From the NCBI GenBank assembly GCA_010909165.1, contig MU008157.1, forward strand, positions 1,054,001-1,118,000: a stretch of 64,000 nucleotides of DNA. Direction: 5' to 3'. The position numbers and the translations under genes were made by a program. Below are positions 23,510 to 34,899 of this stretch, piece after piece. The stretch's first letter is position 1. The number at the start of each line of letters is the position of its first letter. The stretch comes from Anthoceros angustus (Eukaryota; Plantae; Anthocerotophyta). Below the pieces are notes generated by a model. The model worked only from the letters and a program-made list of their open reading frames with translations. It ran no database searches and was not told the DNA's origin.

Positions 23510-25204
23510 TCACGGGGTCCTTACCCTCTCCACCCGTGGACAGTCCGGAACTGGCTGCCTCCAGGAATCCGGGGAAGGGGCATCCCCGCCTGCAGAGCTC
23601 CTGTCGGTGGGTTCCGCTACCTCGGTTCCCCCTTCCGCGACGGTGGCCGGTTTAGCCACCGTGGTAGTTGCTTCCCCATCGGTGGTTGCTTCAGCTACTG
23701 CGGTGGCTGTCGCTCTCCCCTTCTTCGGTTTGCCTGCCTCTCTCTTGACCCTGGCCCTAGCCTCATCTCTCTCCCGCTTATATCTCCCCGCCAGTTTCTT
23801 GAACTTCTCCAGGGGCGCCAACGTCTCCACCTGCTCTTGGACTCGCGAAACTTCATTTTGGAGCTCCTCAATCGTAGCATGCGCCCCTTTTACTTGATTC
23901 ACTAGGGCCTCCTGTTGGGTGGACATGGCCCTCAGCTGCTCCTGTGCCTTGCTTAGTGCCTCCTCACACTCCCGCCTGCGGTCCTCTGCTGCCTTGTTCT
24001 CGCTCTCCAATCCCTCCAACTTTTCCTTGAGCAACTTCTCTTGTTGCCCCTGCACACTCAGCCAAGTGAGAGCCATAGCTGCCTGATCGAGAAGGTCACT
24101 TTGAGTCGAGCCATGGCGGCGTCGAACTGCTGATTCCCAATTTGGGCTGTTCCCGTGCCCATTCCCTTCCACAACAACTCCCACACGCGGGCTGTGTCAC
24201 TCGCCCCCACTTCAGCTGGACAGGTCAATGAGATATCCCCAAAATTGTCCTTGGGCTCCATCGCGGGACTTGCTGCCGAAACTAACCCTTCCTCCCCTAG
24301 GGGTTGGTCTGCAGCTGCTTCCTCATTCGTACCAAACTCTCCTAGCAGTTGCGATTCGTCCTCCGCTTTTGACAAGGGGACAACTGCTTCCTTTTGCTTT
24401 CCCTCCTTCACCCGCTGCGTCTTGACTAGTGATCCTAGGTGTGGTTGTGGGCTCCTCCTCTACTGCGGTTGTTCTCCCCTTTTTGGCCGACCCCCGTTCA
24501 GTCGTCGCCGCCCTCCTCTTCTTACTCTTGGTAACCTCTCCACCTTCATCCGAATCTTCTGGTGAGGCGCATTCCCAACTGCTGGAATCCTTCCCTAAGT
24601 CCTCCTTGGATTCCTCTTCCTCTATCTTGAGTTCCCTGACCAGTTTCCAGCTATGAAGGGCAGACACAACCTCCAACTCAGTTAGGCATTCGGAATGCGC
24701 AAACACATGAATCAAAAAGGGCGAGATCAAAGAGGGGCGAGGAGAGGGGGAGAGTAAATTCGCCCTCTCTTCACAGGCCCGCTCGAAAATCATCCTCCCC
24801 CAGTCAATCCGTGTGCCTTTAACCACTTCATGAAGGAAGACCAGGAAGTGGTCCGCCATGTGATCCAATTTCCTGTTCTGCAGAAAACACAAAATCCACT
24901 TGGCCAATCCCACGAGTTGCACAGACACGAGTTGGCGAGTCACCCATCCATTGTTAACCCTCACTTCCCCAGGCTTCATGAGTGCGCCCGCTGCAGCTCT
25001 CAGGGTCTTCTTCCTCTGGGGGTCAATTACCAAACTCCCATCCTCCGATTCCTCTCGCCCATACACAGCTTGGAAGAGCCCCAAGTCCCAATTTTGCAGC
25101 CTCTTCCTCATGTCGCCCTCTTGCCACCTGGTCCTCAGTTGGCGGGCGCATTCTTGCACCAATGCTGGACTATCGTAGCACCATTTCTTCTCCATGAAGC
25201 CCAA
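23510..25204 (-). pseudogene. Gypsy A accessory 3' ORF (conserved unknown domain + charged linker + coiled coil), broken into ORFs 24323-25204 and 23510-24184
   Basis: Lies just upstream of the PPT in the element's sense. Motifs WCYDSPALVQEC, VYGREE, NGWVT, IDWGRMIFE, SLISPFLIHVF, ECLT. The downstream ORF is heptad-rich. Confidence 0.7.
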
Positions 25205-25498
25205 CCCCAGTTCCTACACAAGGCCGCCAGCTCTAACCTTCCAGTGGTCCGTATTGGGCCACTGCGTAGTGGGAATTTCTGCCGCAGCTCGAGGCGCCAT
25301 TCCTTCCCCTCCTTTGCTGTCCCGTTCGAACGCCTACGGCTCCTCTCCGGACCTCAGTTCAGAGGGGGGGGGAGAAATTACTCTCCCGCGACCCTCCTGC
25401 TCCGCTCCGCCCCGGACTTCCTGCCTCAAAGCCTACCCCGTCGATCGCCTTAAAGCATCGGCCTTTCTCTCTGCCGCCCTTGTACTGGCTGGCGTCGC

Positions 25499-25599
25499 CC
25501 ACTTCTAAGTTCCACGTCGCTCCACTTCTAAGTTCCACGTCGCTCCACTTCTAAGTTCCACGTCGCTCCACTTCTAAGTTCCACGTCGCTCCACTTCTA
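25499..25599. repeat. 23-bp tandem array (CCACTTCTAAGTTCCACGTCGCT), ~4.4 copies
   Basis: Identical units with no spacers. Confidence 0.95.
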
Positions 25600-26045
25600 G
25601 GTCTTCAAAACCCCGTCGATCGCTCTCTCCTTGAAATTCAGACTCGCGGTCTGCGTGTGGTCTTCTTCCTCATGTCGCCTTGTTTCAGCCTTTTCTATAG
25701 CTCGCCACTAGGGTTGTGAACTCCCCGTCTCACATCGTTTGTTTCGGCCACCGTGGTGGAGCTGGCCACCTCCCCACTTCTCTGCCCAACTGTTGCCGAA
25801 TGCAGGGTATTCTTAGCATATATAGACACTTCTTATTTCTAAAATTACCAAGGTCCAAGGACTCTCTATCTGACCTACATACGTAGGGTCGAAACCCAAG
25901 GACCAATTATTAAAAATATTAGTGTCATGGGCCAAGGTCCGTTTCCGTATAAAAGGCCTTACCCGGACGTTTCCGAAGCATTTCGCTACACTAACACAAA
26001 AAAACAAAAAAAATTCATTCAAACTGACAGTTCAGAGAAGGGTTA

Positions 26046-26600
26046 GTGTACATGTGGTCCTCCACAGACCCCCTGACCCACACCACAATTTCGTCCCTAC
26101 TTCTAAGACCAATCATCTCCACTCAGGGAGCGCCCTCTTACTTGCAGATTTGGGATTCGTCCCTTAGGCTCTGCTTATGGCCTTCCACTATTACCTACAC
26201 TCTAATCCTCTACTCATCATCCACTCATCATCCTCCTCAACGCTCAACTCATTCCTCATCCTCCTCCTATTCTAACCTCAATTCAAGCTCACTGGCCCCG
26301 GCTCACCCTTACAGCACAACTGCCTGGGGTCCGCCTACAAGCCAGCAAGTTCTTCCTTGGGCCGGTTGCTATGAGTTTGACACGGCGAGAACCTCCGAGT
26401 CTTTCCACATAGTCTACCCTCAAGCCGATAGTTCCTTGGGCATCGCCATACATCCAAAGCAAAGCAATTTCACAGCAACCATTCACAAGGGGAGCAACTC
26501 GTCGAGGCGCTCGCAGGGAGCAAGCCCTCTACTAAGCACTCTGACCACCGCAAACTTCAGTAGACCAAGGACTCCAGCTAGTAGTGGACAATGGGCAAGG
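26046..26600. repeat. Unclassified dispersed repeat (copies at ~34390-34860 and ~63700-64000)
   Basis: Shared ATTTCGTCCCTACTT..AGACCA..CTCCACTC..GGCGC..CTTACTTGCAG..GGGATTCGTCCCTTAGGCT..GGTTGCTATGAGTTTGACAC. Confidence 0.8.
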
Positions 26601-28794
26601 TGTGCGCCGGTTGACCGGCGCACTTCTCCAGGAGTGGATAGGTTGTGCGTTCCGCCATGGACCCAAACGGCATAACCTAGTTCATATCCTGAGCACACAA
26701 AATGACGATACAGGACAAAAATTGCGATTATGTTAGAGTACATAGGCCTTGTTTTTGCAAATGGCATGAATGGATTTCCAAACAGCGAAAAAAAAAGCGA
26801 TATGTAATGACAAGTCAGAGTCAATCAAAGTAAAAAACACCATATCAGCCAAAACCGTATCTCTATCCAGATAGATGTTATTTTTTTTATTAGAACACAT
26901 GATAAGAATGGCGTGTCCGACGCAAGTTCAAACGCATCCACCAGTTTCGGTCCCCGCACATTTTCTGAAGATTTGAAGGAATGAATTCAAAGACGATAAT
27001 ATATTTTGCTACGTTCTACTGCGATGCTGTCTAATAGTGGATGCCACATTTGTTCAAAACCCGCAATAACGTACATGGTTTTCTGGGACACGCGTTTCTA
27101 TGGATATGATGATGGGAAAGTTTACTGCCTTTTGCCTAGCAGCCCATTTCAACGGAATCCGCCGATATTGCACAGACATTGTTCTTTGAGCTTGCAGGGC
27201 GAGGGATGAACATGCAGACTTTTGTGTGGACCAGCTACTGTGAAGGAGCACCACATTTTTATGCATGAGGTGTTTGATCACTGGACCAAGGAAGGTTTCT
27301 TGTCGTAAAGAAAGCAAAAGAAGCCTGCGGATTTGCGCAGTTTGAAAGTGTGGCTCTCTCATTTAAATCAAGAGAAGGGACGATGCTTTGCCATAGGATA
27401 CCCCAAGGCATTTTATCGATTGTTTGCTTGTTTGCGCACAGGGATACTGGAGTGGGATGAGCCAACCTCCGAATGTTGGCATTTTCTCAATGATAATATG
27501 GGAGAGTTCTTGCAATGAAAAAGCAATATTATGTAGACGGTTTGAACGGCCCGCAATTGCCTAGGGTCAAAAATGAGCTTGATAGTGCTGAGGAAGAGGA
27601 GATGATGGCTCGACATCGAGCAGGAGAGCGGGCACGACTGGGAAAGGCACAAGTGAATGAGTATTTCGACCCGGAAGATCGACGTGTGGCAGCAATATTG
27701 GCCACAGGAAGGGCAGAGCATGACAAACCATCAATCTGAATCTCAACTTCGAGACAACATGTTTAGGAGGTTTTATTGACGGTTTTACAGCATCTCAATG
27801 TCAAAAGTGGTGCTTCAACCCTGGCGGTGTGTAAGGTTGTAGCCCGAACTTTGGTAGGGGGGTCATTGGCGGCTGTTAATCTTGGTTTCTTGATGTGCTA
27901 CATAATCAGTTGTGGCGGCTGTAGCTACTGATCATGCTCTCCATGTGAGTCCATGACTAATTTTGAGTTACTGCAGTACAGGACTTGTGACATTTGGCTA
28001 GCTTAGTGTGACTGCTCTGACTATGGCGTGACGGGCTCAAGTGTGTATGTCTGTGTTTTGAGGCACTCGCGAATTTTGTCGTTGTAAACTTCCCAACTCG
28101 GATAAATGTGTGAACGTGTCCAGACAGATAGATGTGGTTTGATTGGCTCTTGTTATAAACTCTGTAATGGGAAATAAATGCCAACATGCTAACTATTTTT
28201 GAACTCAGTAAGGCTTCTTGACCGCAATAAGGCCACCTTAATTGCAAGGCTTTTTCTAAAACCTTAGACTTTAAACCTTCGAACTTCAAAAAATATATTA
28301 ATAATATATGTTATGGTATGTATATGTATATAATATTTTTCTCAAAGTTTCGGTCATGAACAGCATAATGCCATATATGTCTTTCTAGCTACATACGTAT
28401 TTCATTCTGTTGGCTTTGCTTAAATTCCAAGCAAACTAATCTATTTAAGGTGGTTACTTATAGATGAAATAAGCCTCTATATATAAGTATGAAACCATGC
28501 ATGGAAGTAGGAAATATTGTTTATCAAAGTAACTTAAAGGGTTAGAGGTAACAAGGCTTTGCTTAGATTCTAAGCAAACTAGTATGTTTAAGGCAGTTAC
28601 TTAGAGGTGAAGTAGGCCTCCGTATATAAAGGATGTGGCTGGCCCTAAAAAGGTATTCCCTAGCACTTATTGGAAAAACTTGAGATGCCTATGATTCAAC
28701 ATTTCTTCAAGAAATAACTTATTGCATATATATGTCCGTGTAGCTACGTAAAGTTTTCTTCAAGAAACAATAGATTTTTTAGGACTCAAAACAA

Positions 28795-29545
28795 ATGGAA
28801 ACGAGCACACAATTACCGGATATATACACCATTTTACAACATAATGGACTTGAAACAAGTGAAGATTTCCGATACATTATAGGCGACTGTTTATTCGACT
28901 CCATTGCATATATATTGGATGGAACAATAACATCTGCGGAACTGCGAATCAAAGCAATGTCGCAATTGGAAAGAAGCATAGAAGAAAAGAAAATAATTCT
29001 ACAACATCTTTATATGTAGCTACACGGACATATATATTGGATGGAACAATAACATATATTCAGGTGAGGTCCTGGTTGTCATCCGTGGACCAAATATCAG
29101 AAATATCAAACAATATATATATAATATGAAATTTCCAGCAAAGTTAAACGGCTTATGGGGTGATGCAACTGCCATCCAATGGTTAAGTGTAGCCTTGAGG
29201 AGAAGGATCTTCGTATGGTCGATGCAAAGCAAAAAGTTGATGTGTAAATATGATATGTCTGACTCTTCAACGTCAAGACCTTTAAGTATTCTATTTGATG
29301 CAGAGAGAGAACATTATGAACCTCTCATCCAACTTAAAAGAGTGTCAAAGTTGGACTCCACTTCAACCAAGGGCAACGCATTTGAAATCCATGACAAAAC
29401 AAAGAAAAGAAAAATAATTTCTACAACATCTTTATATTTGAAGACCTTATGTAAACCAATGGTTAGAACAAATCTTAGTAAAAATTCTATATTCAAAACT
29501 TTTAAAGAACGCAAGTATATTAAAAACAATTGTGAAAGACAATAG
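28795..29545 (+). pseudogene. OTU-like cysteine protease domain continuing into a LINE ORF2 linker
   Basis: IGDCLFDSIAY..ELR (Cys at 28888), LWGDATAIQWLS (Trp at 29156), I.VWS, LSILFDAEREHYEPL (His at 29312). ORF 29126-29545 runs from the WG/HY motifs through to IFKTFKERKYI. Confidence 0.75.
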
Positions 29546-29659
29546 AAAGCAGTGGGTCTTCGATATTTCAAAGTTTACATAGAGGCTAATAAATGCATCT
29601 TAAATTCCACTAGTGGAGGTCAAGGACGGCTGAATATTCAGAACCACTGCACGGCGCCC

Positions 29660-30530
29660 AAGCAACTTCAATGGCGGCAATGTGACCAAGGTCCTCCTCA
29701 ATGCACAATTGGACATTCGGTGCAAGCATGCTTAGGTGCTCACATTAGTGACAAACCTTTGAAACGCTCTTATCTTGTTGTGGCGGGGCAATTCATAAGG
29801 CGGACATCCTAAAACCAACTATAGACACCACTTACCTTTAGCAACATATCACTAAGCTACTTTGAGGGGTATACAAGGCAGGGGAACTACCACCGGTGAG
29901 AAAGAGTATCTCATATACCAGCTACAAGTCATGTGATAACATGATGATGAACAATTATCGAACAATCATGGTAAACTTCATCTTCCATAAGCTATAGAGC
30001 AAGGTATGTGAGCTACAGTTATTGGAGCGATGTCTTGAGACACAAACATGCCGGGCAAGCTTCCAAAAGAAGGATATATAGCGGCAAGCCCACCTAATTG
30101 AACTCCACTCCTAATCGGGAAAAAAGGGTAACAAACGGCATGTTGCTTTATTGACCTCACCAAAGCCTTTGACAAGGTACCACGATCTATTGAGTACTAT
30201 GGCAAGCAATGAAGAACGTCGAGTCTAAGATGGTCTCATCAAGGCGGTTCATAGATTGCCTACCAACACCGTGACCGTGAGAATTCAAAGCGATTGAGGA
30301 CGCACCAAGCACTTCCCAAGCAACGGGTCGAGACATGGCTGCCACTTGGCCCTCTTCCCTTGTGCATCTATATGGCGAGCTATAGAAAAGGCTGAAACAA
30401 GGCGACAAGGTGATGAAATAGAGTGTTGGGATTATGATGAGGTTTAGGTACTATCCCATAGAGGAGGCATGTGTAAGTACTTAGAATTATTTACAAATAC
30501 CCGTTCGTTAGGGTTATGTCATTAGGTGAA
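29660..30530 (+). pseudogene. Non-LTR (LINE-type) reverse transcriptase remnant
   Basis: Ordered motifs KQLQ, NNYRTIMV..FHKL, QAS, CCFIDLTKAFDKVPR, (R)HGCPLGP (clearest in the antisense copies), a degenerate YADD region (ECWDYDE) and L..VN. Several frameshifts. Confidence 0.78.
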
Positions 30531-30848
30531 TAGACATGAAGTTGTCTTCTCATGCATAAGCAAGTTGTTTTCTCGATGAATACAATGTAATTATTCTTTA
30601 TTATTATTAATTGACCTATATAGTCCTTATAATTATAGTTCTTATAGTCATGGTATCATAGCATACTATGTATGTTGCATCTAGGTAGATGCACATTCTT
30701 TTAATGCATTAGAAGATGTGCACAAAATGTGTTCTTTGTTGTTCCTTGATTAGAAATGAAGTCTAAATTCAATGAAACAAAGATAATCAAAAATGATGTT
30801 TGTGTTGATTTTCTCTAGAAAAATCTATAGCGGTGCAAGTCTAGGCGG

Positions 30849-33560
30849 CACTGGATCATTCCTTTGGATCATTCCTTTGCCGTTTCGGTTTAGGAGAACA
30901 TTCGTGCACCTATTGGGCCTCTTAGAGATGAAATTTGGCGAGGCGAGGCTGCCATCGCAGCCATATAGATTAGCCATTGCATTTGGCTTTGAGTTTGTGT
31001 TTCTAATATGCAAAAACACAGTCTATTTTCTTTCTTGTAATTCTTTATATGTAGCACAATCAGTGATTGTCCTAGTGTATCTCCATTGGAATTGCTCAAG
31101 GATGCAATCCAACAAAATAGTACACTAAGTTCCTACCTAGATTTACTGCCATAGATTTTCTAGAGAAAAATCAACACAAACATCATTTTTGATTATCTTT
31201 GTTTCATTGAATTTAGACTTCATTTCTAATCAAGGAACAACAAAGAACACATTTTGTGCACATCTTCTAATGCACAAAGAATGTGCATCTACCTAGATGC
31301 AACATACATAGTATGCTATGATACCATGACTATAAGAACTATAATTATAAGGACTATATGGGTCAATTAATAATAAATAAAGAATAATTACATTGTATTC
31401 ATCGAGAAAAACAACTTGCTTATGCATGAGAAGACAACTTCATGTCTATTCACCTAATGACATAACCCTAACGAACGGGTATTTGTAAATAATTCTAAGT
31501 ACTTACATGCCTCCTCTATGGGATAGTACCCTAAACCCTCATCATAATCCCAACACTCTATTTCATCACCTTGTCGCCTTGTTTCAGCCTTTTCTATAGC
31601 TCGCCATATAGATGCACAAGGGAAGAGGGCCAAGTGGGCAGCCATGTCTCGCCGGCGTTGCTTGGGAAGTGCTTGGTGCGTCCTCAATCGCTTTGAATTC
31701 TCACGTGTTGGTAGGCAATCTATGAACCGCCTTGATGAGACCATCTTAGACTCACGTTCTTCATTGCTTGCCATAGTACTCAATAGATCGTGGTACCTTG
31801 TCAAAGGCTTTGGCGAGGTCAATAAAGCAACATAATGTCTTCGTTTGTTACCCTTTTTTCCCGATTAGGAGTGGAGTTCAATTAGGTGGGCTTGCCCGCT
31901 ATATATCCTTCTTTGGAAGCTTGCAGCATGTTTTGTGTCTCAAGACATCGTCTCCAATAATCAGAGCTCACATACCTTGCTCTATAGCTTATGGAAGATG
32001 AAGTTTACCATGATTGTTCGATAATTGTTCATCATCATGTTATCACATGACTTGTAGTCGGTATATGAGATACTCTTTCTCGCCCGGTGGTAGTTCCCTG
32101 TCTTGTATACCCCCTCAAAGTAGCTTAGTGATATGTTGCTAAAGGTAAGTGGTGTCTATAGTTGGTTTTAGGATGTCGCCTTATGAATTGCCCCGCCACA
32201 ACAAGATAAGAGCGTTTCAAAGGTTTGTCACTAATGTGAGCACCTAAGCATGCTTGCACCGAATGTCCAATTGTGCATTGAGGAGGACCTTGGTCACATT
32301 GCCGCCATTGAAGTTGCTTCGCCCGTGGTGCTGGTTCTGAATATTCAGCCGTCCTTGTGTACCTTGACCTCCACTAGTGGAATTTAAGATGCATTTATTA
32401 GCCTCTAATGTAAACTTTGAATATCGATGAAGACCCACTCGTTTCTATTGTCTTTCACAATTGTTTTTAATATACTTCGCGTTCTTTAAAAGTTTTGAAT
32501 ATAGAATTTTTACTAAGATTTGTTCTAACCATTGGTTTACATAAGGTCTTCAAATATAAAGATGTTTTAGAAATTATTTTTCTTTCTATAGCTCGCCATA
32601 TAGATGCACAAGGAAGAGGGCCAAGTGGGCAGCCATGTCTCGCCGTTGCTTGGGAAGTGCTTGGTGCGTCCTCAATCTTTGAATTCTCACGGTCACGTGT
32701 TGGTAGGCAATCTATGAACCGCCTTGATGAGACCATCTTAGACTGAGCGTTCTTCATTGCTTGCCATAGTACTCAATAGATCAATTACCTTGTCAAAGGC
32801 TTTGGCGAGGTCAATAAAGCAACATATGATCTTTTTGTTACCTTTTTTCCCGATTAGGAGTGGAGTTCAATTAGGTGGGCTTGCCGCTATATATATCCTT
32901 CTTTGGAAGCTTGCAGCATGTTTTGTGTCTCAAGACATCGTCTCAGAGCTCACATACCTTGCTCTATAGCTTATGGAAGATGAAGTTTACCATGATTGTT
33001 CGATAATTGTTCATCATCATGTTATCACATGACTTGTAGCTGGTATATGAGATACTCTTTCTCGGTGGTGGTAGTTCCCCTTGTATACCCCTCAAAGTAG
33101 CTTAGTGATATGTTGCTAAAGGTAAGTGGTGTCTATAGTTGGTTTTAGGATGTCTTTTATGAATTGCCACAACAAGATAAGAGCGTTTCAAAGGTTTGTC
33201 ACTAATGTGAGCACCTAAGCATGCTTGCACCGAATGTCCAATTGTGCATTGAGGAGGACCTTGGTCACATTGCCGCCATTGAAGTTGCTTGGGCGCCCGT
33301 GCCGCCAGCTGGTCTGAATATTCAGCCGTCCTTGTGTACCTTGACCTCCACTAGTGGAATTTAAGATGCATTTATTAGCCTCTAATGTAAACTTTGAATA
33401 TCGATGAAGACCCACTCGTTTCTATTGTCTTTCACAATTGTTTTTAATATACTTGCTTCTTTAAAAGTTTTGAATATAGAATTTTTACTAAGATTTGTTC
33501 TAACCATTGGTTTACATAAGGTCTTCAAATATAAAGATGTTTTAGAAATTATTTTTCTTT
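30849..33560 (-). repeat. Antisense, internally rearranged copies of the OTU-RT unit (inverted relative to 28233-30844)
   Basis: 31135-32580 is the reverse complement of ~29400-30844. The RT motif appears on the minus strand at ~31797-31833 and ~32787-32824. Confidence 0.88.
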
Positions 33561-33624
33561 TCTATAGCTCGCCATATAGATGCACAAGGAAGAGGACCAA
33601 GTGGGCAGCCATGTCTCGCCGCAG

Positions 33625-33760
33625 TGAAAACCGGGCTTGAGATCCTCCCACTATAGCGGCCACACTTATCCCACCGCCGCCGTGACGTTGGGTTTCGTCC
33701 CATGAGACTTGTGTGAAAGTTCGAGGCCTTGATGACCGATCCACACCGCGATTTCGTCCC
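33625..33760 (-). mobile_element. LTR fragment related to the Gypsy A LTR terminus
   Basis: GGCCACACTTATCCCAC..ACGTTGGGTTTCGTCCCATGAGACTTGT resembles the 16455-16481 + 21644-21680 junction without the Copia. Confidence 0.7.
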
Positions 33761-33761
33761 T

Positions 33762-33839
33762 ACTTCTAAGTTCCACGTCGCTCCACTTCTAAGTTCCACG
33801 TCGCTCCACTTCTAAGTTCCACGTCGCTCCACTTCTAAG
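33762..33839. repeat. 23-bp tandem array, ~3.4 copies
   Basis: Same unit as at 25499. Confidence 0.93.
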
Positions 33840-34899
33840 ACCACTCTTCTCCACTCGGGGCGCTCTTTTACTTGCATGCATGATTTCGTACTCATAGATA
33901 GAGGCTTATTTCATCTATAAGTAACCACTTTAAATGATTAGTTTGCTTGGAATTTAAGCAAAGCCAATGAAATCATGTAGCTAGAAAGACATATATAGCG
34001 ATGTTGTTCATGACCGAAACTTTGAAAAATATTATATATATTTATACAATAACATATATTATTAATATATTTTTGAAGTTCCAAGGTCTAAAGTCTAAGG
34101 TTTTAGAAAAAGCCTTGCAATTAAGGTGGCATGTTACTTACCTACATGGGTGACCCCTACGCTCACATTTGGCACCTACTCTCCTCACCACAAGGTGGTT
34201 TCGACCCGTTCTTTTCCCTAAGTATCCTCCTTGCCTTCCTAACAACATCCTACAACTCAAGTTCCAAAAGAACCAAAAACGTTCGCATGCTTCGACCACT
34301 GATCCTCGACCTACAACGACACAACACAATTGCGGTCACCTTTTCCAATTTTCTATTGACATGATAGAGAGCCTATCACGGGCGCCTGTGGACCCCCGAT
34401 CCACACCGCGATTTCGTCCCTACTTAAGACCACTCTTCTCCACTCGGGGCGCTCTTTTACTTGCAGTTGGGATTCGTCCCTTAGGCTCGTGGCCTTCCAC
34501 TAACACCTACACCTCTAATCCTCTACTCATCTTCTCATCTTCTCATCCTCTTCCTCCTATTCTAACCTCGGTTCGGGCTTCTTGGTTTCGCCGCCTTACA
34601 CACAACCGCCTGGGTCCGCCTCCACCGGCAAGTTCTTCCTTGGGCGGTTGCTATGAGTTTGACACTGTGACAATGAGAACCTCCGAGTCTTTCCTGTAGT
34701 CTACCCTCAAGCCGAGAGTTCTGGCATTTGCCACACACCCAAAGCAAAGCAATTTCACAAAGAACCATTCACAAGGGAGCAACTCGTTTAGGCACTTGCG
34801 AGCAAGTCCTCCACCAAGCACTCCGACCACCGCGACTTCCTCTCTACCAGACGCTGGCTCACGGTAACGAAATTCCTCTGTAATGGCAAAGGACTCGAT

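Larger units (their letters stand above)
28233..30844 (+). mobile_element. Sense copy of the OTU-protease + LINE-RT unit (decayed non-LTR retrotransposon-like)
   Basis: Homology to the 53-63 kb array starts at ~28233. OTU motifs at 28795-29330. RT motifs NNYRTIMV (29950-29973), CCFIDLTKAFDKVPR (30141-30185), HGC-type motif (~30333). Confidence 0.75.

Noticed and set aside
27006-27740. Firm call as a hAT transposase
   Set aside because: Motif similarity is weak and spacing is inconsistent; kept only as a low-interest finding.
28795-30530. OTU unit as a Helitron, or the RT as a bacterial retron/DGR/group II intron system
   Set aside because: No Rep (HUH) or PIF1 helicase motifs were found. 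The RT motifs (NYRTI, CFIDL.KAFD.V, GCPL.P) are LINE-type, and there is no prokaryotic gene organisation.
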